A DNA stretch of 64,000 bases, taken from positions 2,995 through 66,994 of the forward strand of contig JBFXES010000001.1 of assembly GCA_050179875.1 (NCBI GenBank), read 5' to 3'. How positions within the stretch are numbered: the first letter of the stretch is position 1; each line of letters opens with the position of its first letter. Made by a program: the position numbers and the translations under genes. This DNA comes from Thiohalomonadaceae bacterium (lineage in GTDB: Bacteria > Pseudomonadota > Gammaproteobacteria > Thiohalomonadales > Thiohalomonadaceae). Positions 57,064 through 64,000 of the stretch are shown here, piece by piece. Under the pieces are notes generated by a model, which saw nothing but the letters and a program-made list of their open reading frames with translations, ran no database searches and had not been told where the DNA came from.

Positions 57064-58428
57064 ATGTCCCTGAAACTACCCCGCAGCCACGCCTTGCGCG
57101 TGGCGCTCTACGTCGTCGCATTCGCCCTGCTGCTCGGTGCCGGCCGCATGGGCCAGAAGGCCTGGGACGGATTGTGGTTCGGCCATCGTGGTCCCTATCT
57201 GCAGATGCCGGCACCCACGGCCATGACGGTGCGTTGGGAAACCGCCGAGCCGAGCACGGGCCGCGTGCGTTACGGTCTTGCGCCGGACAACATGCCGCAA
57301 GCGGTCGCAGGCGCGTCCGGCGCCTACATGCACGAGGTCCGCATCGAGGGTCTGGACCCGGCCACGCGCTACTACTACCAGGTGGAAGCGGACGGCAAGG
57401 ACTTCATGGCCGCGCCGGCGTCCTTCGTCACGCCGCCTGCACCCGGCAGCGCGCAGGCGACGCGCCTGTGGGTGATCGGCGATTCGGGCAAACCGGGCAA
57501 GGATCAGAACGCCGTGCGCGACGCCGCGCTGGGCTGGATGGCGGCACATCCGCGCGTGGGGCGCCCGCCCATGGACGTGTGGCTCGCCCTCGGCGACAAC
57601 GCCTACACCTCGGGGCGCAACGTGGAATTCCAGCGGGCGTTGTTCGAACCCTATGCCGCGCTGCTGCGCGAGGTCGCCGTGTGGCCCGCCTACGGCAACC
57701 ACGACGCGCGCCGCTGGGTGCACTACGACATCTTCAGCCTGCCCGAAAACGGCGAAGCGGGCGGCGTGCCTTCCGGCACCGAGCGCTGGTACGCGTTCGA
57801 TCACGGCCCGGTGCACGTGGTCGTCCTGGATTCCGAAGCGAGCGTGCGCTCGGACCAGATGCTGCAATGGTTGCGCGAGGACCTGGCCGCCAACCGTTCG
57901 CCCTGGCGCATCGTCGCCCTCCATCATCCACCCTACAGCCGCGGCGGGCACGATTCCGATGATTGGTGGGACAGCGGCGGGCGCATGACCGCCGTGCGTG
58001 AACGTTTGCTGCCCGTGCTGGAAGCCGCGGGGGTGGACCTGGTGCTGGCAGGGCATAGCCACGTTTACGAGCGCTCGCACCTGCTCGCCTGCCATTACGG
58101 CACGAGCCAGGAGCTGACCGAAGGCATGATCCTCGCGCGCAGCGTGCCCGGCGCCGCGTTTGAAAAGCACGCCCAGGGTGCGGCGGCCTATGACGGTACG
58201 GTGTATGCCGTGGTGGGCTCGTCCTCCAAGCTGGATCGCGGGCCGCTCGACCATCCGGCCCATGCCACCGCGTTGCGGGAACTGGGCTCGCTGGTTATCG
58301 ACGTGGACGGCTTGCGTCTGGAAGCACGGTTCATCAACGACAAGGGCGAGGTGCGCGACGAATTCGCCATCGTGAAGGGGGCCGGCGCGCCCCGCACCGG
58401 CGTGTGCGCACAGCAAGCCGCTTCATGA
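57064..58428 (+). CDS. purple-acid-phosphatase-like metallophosphoesterase
   Basis: N-terminal anchor and FN3-like PAP N domain. Motifs GDSG, GDNAY, GNHD, HHPPYS, GHSHVYER. Confidence 0.88.
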   Translation: MSLKLPRSHALRVALYVVAFALLLGAGRMGQKAWDGLWFGHRGPYLQMPAPTAMTVRWETAEPSTGRVRYGLAPDNMPQAVAGASGAYMHEVRIEGLDPATRYYYQVEADGKDFMAAPASFVTPPAPGSAQATRLWVIGDSGKPGKDQNAVRDAALGWMAAHPRVGRPPMDVWLALGDNAYTSGRNVEFQRALFEPYAALLREVAVWPAYGNHDARRWVHYDIFSLPENGEAGGVPSGTERWYAFDHGPVHVVVLDSEASVRSDQMLQWLREDLAANRSPWRIVALHHPPYSRGGHDSDDWWDSGGRMTAVRERLLPVLEAAGVDLVLAGHSHVYERSHLLACHYGTSQELTEGMILARSVPGAAFEKHAQGAAAYDGTVYAVVGSSSKLDRGPLDHPAHATALRELGSLVIDVDGLRLEARFINDKGEVRDEFAIVKGAGAPRTGVCAQQAAS

Positions 58429-58532
58429 ACCGCCCCTGAGCGGGCTTTCCGGGAAGAACTACGACCGCGCGGAGAGCCTCCGCTTTGGGTCGGTTATTCC
58501 CGGTGCATGACGTGTTGCGGCGATAGGCCCGG

Positions 58533-60179
58533 TCAGACCCGGAACTGTTGCACCAGGGCGCGCAGTTCCTCGCTGAGCCGCGCCAGGGTGGCGCTGGCAT
58601 GGGCCATTTCTTCCGTGGCCGAGGCGGTCTGCTCCGCACCGCCGGCAATCTCGGTGACGTTGAGATCGATCTCGCGGGCCACCGCTTCCTGCTCCTCCGT
58701 GGCGCTGGCGATCTGCGCGCTCATGTCGGAGATGCGCGCCACCGTGGGCACGATCTGATCGAGCGCGCGCGCGGCCGCGACGGCCTTCTCGACGGTTTCC
58801 GCCGTGAGCGCGCGGCTGGTTCCCATGGCGTCCACGGCGTGCTGCGCGCCTGCGCGGAGCGCCTCGATCATGCTGCGGATCTCCTGGGTGGAGGACTGGG
58901 TGCGTGCCGCCAGGGTACGCACCTCGTCGGCGACCACGGCAAAGCCGCGGCCCTGTTCCCCTGCGCGCGCGGCCTCGATGGCGGCATTGAGCGCCAGCCG
59001 GTTGGTCTGTTCCGCAATGCCGCGAATGACGTCCACCACCGAACCGATGTTCTCCACTTCACGCCCCAGGCGTGTGATGGCTTCGGCGGTGGTGTCGATC
59101 TCGCCGGACAGGGCGGCGATGGCCCCGCGCGCCTCACTCACCACCCGGCTGCCTTGCGCCGCGGCGGTATCCGCCTCGCGCGCCGACTGGGCCGTGTCCG
59201 AGGCGTTGCGCGCCACCTCCTGCACGGTGGCCGCCAACTCGTTCATGGCCGTGGCGACCTGATCGGTCTCGCCCTGCTGGCGCCGCACCGCGGCGCGGGT
59301 TTCCTCGGTCACCGTGGACAGCTGCTCCGCCGCGCTCGCCAGGTGCAGGGTGGAATCACCCACCTGCCGCACCACGCCGTGAATCTTTGCCACGAAGCGG
59401 TTGAAGGCGCGTGACAGTTTCGCCACCTCGTCGTCGCCTGCGTCGTCCAGGCGCCGGGTGAGATCGCCCTCACCCGAGGCGATGTCCTCCATGGCGGCCG
59501 TGGTGTGCGACAGGGGCTGCAGGATGCTGCGCACGATGAGCAGCGACAGTGCCACCAGTACCGCGAGCAGCATGACCAGGCTGAAGCTGCCGTTGACGAC
59601 GTTGCGCATGAAGGTCTGGTGCACGTCGCTCACGTAGATCCCCGTGCCCACCACCCAGCCCCAGGGCGCAAAACCCTGGACATAGGAGACCTTGGGTTCC
59701 GGCTGTTGCCGGCCCGGCATGGGCCACTGATAGGCGACGCTGCCTGCGCCGGCCCGGCGCACCGTTTCCACGAATTCGCGGAACATGTATTTCCCCGCCG
59801 GATCGCGCAGGTCGAGCACGGAATTGCCGTTGAGTTCGGGTTTGAACGGGTGCATCACCATCACGCCGTTCATGTCGTTGATCCAGAAATACTCCTCACC
59901 CGAGTGGCGCAATTCGCCGATAAGCTCGGCGGCGCTGCGCTTGGCCTCCTGTTCCGGCAGAACGCCGCTGCGTGCGAGGCCGTAGTAGTGCTCGACGATG
60001 CCGTTGGCGACCTCGGCCAGTTCACGGGTCTGGAGTTCCTTTTCGATCATCAACTGGTCGCGACCCTGCAGCACAGTGAGCGCCTGCACGGCGATGAGGC
60101 CGAGGGCGGCGGTGGTGACCAGCAGGCCGAGGCGGTACGGATGGAAAGGCTGCGTAGTGCGTTCATTGGCTCCGTCCAT
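58533..60179 (-). CDS. methyl-accepting chemotaxis protein with single-Cache periplasmic domain
   Basis: Start at [28 protein letters not shown] (sCache_2-like), HAMP, and a conserved signalling hairpin ([28 protein letters not shown]). Confidence 0.92.
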   Translation of the reverse strand: MDGANERTTQPFHPYRLGLLVTTAALGLIAVQALTVLQGRDQLMIEKELQTRELAEVANGIVEHYYGLARSGVLPEQEAKRSAAELIGELRHSGEEYFWINDMNGVMVMHPFKPELNGNSVLDLRDPAGKYMFREFVETVRRAGAGSVAYQWPMPGRQQPEPKVSYVQGFAPWGWVVGTGIYVSDVHQTFMRNVVNGSFSLVMLLAVLVALSLLIVRSILQPLSHTTAAMEDIASGEGDLTRRLDDAGDDEVAKLSRAFNRFVAKIHGVVRQVGDSTLHLASAAEQLSTVTEETRAAVRRQQGETDQVATAMNELAATVQEVARNASDTAQSAREADTAAAQGSRVVSEARGAIAALSGEIDTTAEAITRLGREVENIGSVVDVIRGIAEQTNRLALNAAIEAARAGEQGRGFAVVADEVRTLAARTQSSTQEIRSMIEALRAGAQHAVDAMGTSRALTAETVEKAVAAARALDQIVPTVARISDMSAQIASATEEQEAVAREIDLNVTEIAGGAEQTASATEEMAHASATLARLSEELRALVQQFRV

Positions 60180-60295
60180 GTGAAAAACGCCGAAGGGACG
60201 GTGTATTCTTGCGCCGCGCGGAGCCAAAGCCAAGCAGCGCCGCAGATTCGGGGTCGAAGAGAGGGCGCGGGCAGCGGCCCGCCCGCGCCACCGGA

Positions 60296-61858
60296 TCAAT
60301 GCCGGAAATGACGCATACCGGTGAACACCATGGCCATGGCGTGTTCATCGGCTGCGGCGATCACCTCGTCGTCGCGCATGGAACCGCCGGGCTGGATCAC
60401 CGCGGTGATGCCCGCGCCAGCGGCCGCATCGATGCCGTCCCGGAACGGGAAGAAGGCGTCGGACGCCATCACCGAACCGCGCACCTCGAGGCCCGCGTGC
60501 TCGGCCTTGATGGCGGCGATGCGCGCCGAATTCACGCGGCTCATCTGGCCCGCGCCGACGCCGTAGGTCTGCTCGCCCTTGGCGTAGACGATGGCGTTGG
60601 ATTTCACGAACTTGGCCACGCGCCAGGCGAACAGCAGGTCGCGCATCTCCTGTTCGCTGGGGGCGCGCCTGGTCACTATCTTGAGTTCGCCGTGCAGGGC
60701 GAGATCGGCGTCCTGCACCAGCAGGCCGCCCGTCACCTTCTTGTAATCCAGGCGCTTGCCCGGGGTCGCGGGCCATTGGCCGCATTCCAGCAGGCGCACG
60801 TTCTTCTTTGCCGCGACCACCTCGCTGGCGGCGGCGGACACCGCAGGCGCGATGATCACTTCCACGAACTGGCGTTCGACGATGGCACGGGCGGTTTCAG
60901 CATCCAGTTCGCGATTGAAGGCGATGATGCCGCCGAAAGCGGATTCCGGATCGGTCTGGTAGGCACGCTCATAGGCTTCGAGCAGGCTGGCGCCCACGGC
61001 CACGCCGCAGGGATTGGCGTGCTTGACGATGACACAGGCCGGGGCCTCGTCGAACTGCTTCACGCACTCCAGCGCGGCGTCGGTGTCGGCGATGTTGTTG
61101 AACGACAGTTCCTTGCCCTGCAACTGGCGCGCGGTGGACACCGAGGCCTCGCGGGCGCCAGCGCTCACGTAGAAGGCGGCCTGCTGGTGCGGATTCTCGC
61201 CATAGCGCATGCCCTGGGCCTTCACGAACTGCATGTTGAAGGTGCGGGGGAAACCCTCGGCCTTGCCGTTGTCCACGATGGCGCCCAGGTAGTTGGCGAT
61301 CATGCCGTCGTATTGGGCCGTGTGTTCGAAGGTCTTCACGGCCAGATCGAAGCGGGTGGCGTCGGAGACGGCGCCGCCGTTGGCGCGTATCTCCGCCAGC
61401 ACGCGGGCGTAGTCGGCCGCGTCCACCACCACGGTGACGTCGCGGTGATTCTTGGCCGCCGCGCGCAGCATGGTCGGACCGCCGATGTCGATGTTCTCGA
61501 TGGCGTCTTCCAGGGTGCAGCCCGGCTTGGCCACGGTCTGGGCGAAGGGATAGAGGTTCACCACGATGAGGTCGATGCCGCCGATGCCGTGCTGCGCCAT
61601 CACCGCGTCATCCTGCCCGCGCCGGCCGAGAATGCCGCCGTGGATCTTGGGATGCAGCGTCTTCACGCGGCCGTCCATCATCTCGGGAAAGCCGGTGTAA
61701 TCGGACACCTCGGTGACCTTCACGCCGTGCTCGCCGAGCAGCTTCGCCGTGCCGCCGGTGGAGAGGATCTCCACCCCCATGGCCGCGAGCTCACGGGCGA
61801 ATTCGAGAACCCCGGTCTTGTCCGAGACGCTGATCAGCGCACGCTGGATCTTGTTCAT
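60296..61858 (-). CDS. purH: bifunctional AICAR transformylase / IMP cyclohydrolase
   Basis: Full-length PurH ([10 protein letters not shown]..., C-terminal FTGMRHFRH). Confidence 0.96.
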   Translation of the reverse strand: MNKIQRALISVSDKTGVLEFARELAAMGVEILSTGGTAKLLGEHGVKVTEVSDYTGFPEMMDGRVKTLHPKIHGGILGRRGQDDAVMAQHGIGGIDLIVVNLYPFAQTVAKPGCTLEDAIENIDIGGPTMLRAAAKNHRDVTVVVDAADYARVLAEIRANGGAVSDATRFDLAVKTFEHTAQYDGMIANYLGAIVDNGKAEGFPRTFNMQFVKAQGMRYGENPHQQAAFYVSAGAREASVSTARQLQGKELSFNNIADTDAALECVKQFDEAPACVIVKHANPCGVAVGASLLEAYERAYQTDPESAFGGIIAFNRELDAETARAIVERQFVEVIIAPAVSAAASEVVAAKKNVRLLECGQWPATPGKRLDYKKVTGGLLVQDADLALHGELKIVTRRAPSEQEMRDLLFAWRVAKFVKSNAIVYAKGEQTYGVGAGQMSRVNSARIAAIKAEHAGLEVRGSVMASDAFFPFRDGIDAAAGAGITAVIQPGGSMRDDEVIAAADEHAMAMVFTGMRHFRH

Positions 61859-61891
61859 TGCATTTCCTTCTCTTCAATTTGTGTCAACGCA

Positions 61892-61979
61892 GAGAACGCG
61901 GAGGCGCGGAGGACGCGGAGAAGACAGCATTGGTTGCTTTTCTCCGCGTGCTCCGCGCCTCCGCGACCTCCGCGTTCTC
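61892..61979. repeat. long imperfect hairpin built from CGCGGAG(G) repeats between fis and purH
   Basis: Left arm GAGAACGCGGAGGCGCGGAGGACGCGGAGAAG. The right arm is its complement with one extra CGCGGAG unit. About 15-nt loop. Confidence 0.7.
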
Positions 61980-61994
61980 AAACCTTGGCCGTGT

Positions 61995-62249
61995 TCACTG
62001 GTCCAGGCCGTACTGCTGGAGTTTCTTGCGCAGGGTGCCGCGGTTGATGCCGAGGACCTCCGCCGCGCGGGTCTGGTTGCCGCCGGTGTGGGCGAGCACG
62101 GTTTCGAGCAAGGGCCGCTCCACTTCACCCAGCAGCAGGGCATACAGGTTGTCGGGTGCGTGCCCGTCCAGGTCGGCAAAGTAGCGTTCGAGGGCGGCTT
62201 TGACGTAGCCATTGAGCCCGATGGCGCCGTTCGATTTCCTGTTGGTCAT
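61995..62249 (-). CDS. fis: DNA-binding protein Fis
   Basis: 84 aa. The C-terminal HTH GNQTRAAEVLGINRGTLRKKLQQYGL is diagnostic. 4-nt overlap with dusB. Confidence 0.95.
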   Translation of the reverse strand: MTNRKSNGAIGLNGYVKAALERYFADLDGHAPDNLYALLLGEVERPLLETVLAHTGGNQTRAAEVLGINRGTLRKKLQQYGLDQ

Positions 62250-63232
62250 GCGGCCAACTCCTCCCCTTCGATAATGCGGTCGAAAAACGCCCTGACCATT
62301 GCAAGTTGTTGCGCCGTGGTTTCCACCTGGTTCACCGCCTTGCGGAACACGGCACCTTCACGCTGCCCCTTGCTGTACCACGAGATGTGCTTGCGCGCGA
62401 CCAGCAGGCCGGTGCGCTCGCCATAGAACGTGTACAGGTTGTCCAGGTGGGCGAGCAGGATGTCGCGGATCTCCGCCACGCCCGGCTCGGGCAGTTTTTC
62501 CCCTGTCCTGAGGTAATGTTCTGTTTCCCGGAATATCCACGGCCGGCCCTGGGCGGCGCGGCCGATCATGACGCCGTCGGCACCGGTGACGTCGAGCACC
62601 ATCTTTGCCTTCTCGGGCGTGGTGATGTCGCCGTTGGCGATGACGGGAATGGAGACGCTTTCCTTCACCGCGCGGATGGTGTCGTACTCGGCCTCGCCGC
62701 TGTAGCCGTCGGCGCGCGTCCTGCCGTGCACGGCCAGGCACTGGATGCCGGCGCTCTCGGCGATGCGCGCCACCCTCAGGGCATTGCGGCTCTGGCTGTC
62801 CCAGCCGGTGCGGATCTTGAGCGTGACCGGCACGTCCACCGCGCCGACCACGGCGTCGAGGATGCGCCCCACCAGGGCCTCGTCGCGCAGCAGCGCGGAA
62901 CCGGCCATGACGTTGCACACCTTCTTGGCCGGGCAGCCCATGTTGATGTCGATGATCTGGGCCCCGTTCGCCACGTTGTAACGGGCCGCTTCGGCCATCA
63001 TGGCGGGATCGGCGCCCATGATCTGCACAGAACGCGGTTCCGGCTCGCCGTCGTGATCGGCACGGCGCCGGGTCTTTTCGCTGCCGTAGAGCAGCGAGTT
63101 GGACGACACCATTTCCGACACCGCGAGCCCGGCCCCCATGGCGCGACAAAGCAGCCGGAAGGGGCGATCGGTCACGCCTGCCATGGGCGCGAGCACCAGG
63201 TTGTTCCTGAGCTGGTACGGACCGATGCGCAT
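62246..63232 (-). CDS. dusB: tRNA-dihydrouridine synthase B
   Basis: LAPMAGVTD, DINMGCP, HGRT motifs. Conserved dusB-fis arrangement. Confidence 0.95.
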   Translation of the reverse strand: MRIGPYQLRNNLVLAPMAGVTDRPFRLLCRAMGAGLAVSEMVSSNSLLYGSEKTRRRADHDGEPEPRSVQIMGADPAMMAEAARYNVANGAQIIDINMGCPAKKVCNVMAGSALLRDEALVGRILDAVVGAVDVPVTLKIRTGWDSQSRNALRVARIAESAGIQCLAVHGRTRADGYSGEAEYDTIRAVKESVSIPVIANGDITTPEKAKMVLDVTGADGVMIGRAAQGRPWIFRETEHYLRTGEKLPEPGVAEIRDILLAHLDNLYTFYGERTGLLVARKHISWYSKGQREGAVFRKAVNQVETTAQQLAMVRAFFDRIIEGEELAA

Positions 63233-63362
63233 TGCTGAGGGGGATGCCGGGGAAAAACAGGGCCGGTAATGATAATGCAGAGCGGCGCGCGCTCAAAATC
63301 CAATCGCCTGCGCGCGTCCGCCGGGTACCTGATGTCCGGGGAAAACCGGCCCTTTACAAAAG

Positions 63363-64000
63363 TTATTGGAAAGCGAATTCGTAACCGAAGGCCCGGTCGC
63401 CCGGATCGAGGATTTCCAGGATGGCGTGGGTCTCGACGCCGGGCGCCAGTGGGCCGCCGGGAGCATTGGGCAGGTATTCGCCAGGCGTGAAGCGGCGGCT
63501 GGCGATGGGACGCTCTTCCGTGTCGAGGAAGGTGAGCACCAGGTCGGGGTAGGGCTGCGCCCGGGTGGCGCGGTTGAAGAAGGTGACGTCGATGAGCAGG
63601 GCGTCGGCGAGCGCCGGGTGGCTCTGGACGTTGCGCGAGGTGATTTCCAGTGCGGCGAGGTCACGCCAGGGCGGCAGGTCGCAGCGCGCCACCGCGCAGA
63701 CCAGCTCCACGCCGGGACGCAGGGCGGGTTGGGCGGCGAGGCTCTCGCGGTGCCGGTAGGTGTACTGCCCGGCCAGCAGGAGGAGCAGGGCGAGGTTGAG
63801 CAGGAGCCAGAGCGTGGACCGGCTGCGCCGTGGTGCGGGCGGGATGTCGAAGGGCGTGGGGCGGGCGGGACGGGGAGGGGCCTTGGCCCCGGGGGGGTCC
63901 GCCACGCGCGCGGCGTGCGCATCGAAAACGGTCTGGCAGGCGCCGCAACGGACCTTGCCCCGCGCCATGGCGAGCTGCGCGGGCTGCACGCGGAACACCG
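63363..64000 (-). CDS. DUF3426 domain protein with MJ0042-type zinc finger, 5' end beyond window
   Basis: FRVQPAQLAMARGKVRCGACQTVF is the second half of the zinc ribbon. TM segment, then a C-terminal DUF3426-like beta domain. The frame is open to the window edge. Confidence 0.8.
   Translation of the reverse strand, partial: VFRVQPAQLAMARGKVRCGACQTVFDAHAARVADPPGAKAPPRPARPTPFDIPPAPRRSRSTLWLLLNLALLLLLAGQYTYRHRESLAAQPALRPGVELVCAVARCDLPPWRDLAALEITSRNVQSHPALADALLIDVTFFNRATRAQPYPDLVLTFLDTEERPIASRRFTPGEYLPNAPGGPLAPGVETHAILEILDPGDRAFGYEFAFQ

Noticed and set aside
1-64000. Mobile genetic elements, prophage, integrons, defence islands (RM, CBASS, retrons, Abi, TA clusters), secretion systems or biosynthetic gene clusters.
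   Set aside because: None of the credible ORFs shows transposase, integrase, recombinase, reverse transcriptase, large ATPase/nuclease or phage structural signatures. The only mobile-type sequences are REP elements. No tRNA-like T-loop/acceptor patterns were noticed in intergenic regions, but this was a by-eye scan only.

Overview
High-GC (about two-thirds G+C by eye) chromosomal segment, most likely from an autotrophic gammaproteobacterium. That placement is an inference from phosphoribulokinase, gene content and REP elements with GTAG heads. About 70 protein-coding genes are supported, mostly housekeeping or envelope functions: purH, purD, fis, dusB, rimO, prk, msrB, tag, htpX, sohB, pspA, a csp gene, an HU-like gene, and cell-wall enzymes. 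Accessory modules sit between them.

I found no rRNA, tRNA, CRISPR, transposase, integrase, prophage or recognisable defence genes. I see no unambiguous, wholly new multi-gene system. The items below are candidates, and every family assignment comes from reading motifs by eye and needs HMM/BLAST confirmation.

Most notable items:
1. An orphan Psr/Phs/Ttr-type molybdoenzyme operon (12.3-17.8 kb) that carries both a TorD-type and a HybE-type chaperone. Its substrate cannot be assigned.
2. A Psp envelope-stress set (pspA-pspAA converging on a PspAB-like gene and htpX), split by a tandem array of eight ~97-bp REP doublets.
3. A cus-type copper efflux operon in which CusB carries two C-terminal CusF-like domains in addition to a separate cusF. 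No outer-membrane factor or regulator is present in the window.
4. A divergent FabV/TER-like protein downstream of a 530-bp structured intergenic region.
5. Three disrupted genes: two frameshifts and one in-frame amber stop.
6. Several small unannotated ORFs and candidate operators.

Many long ORFs in the supplied track are antisense or out-of-frame shadows typical of high-GC DNA, and I ignored them.
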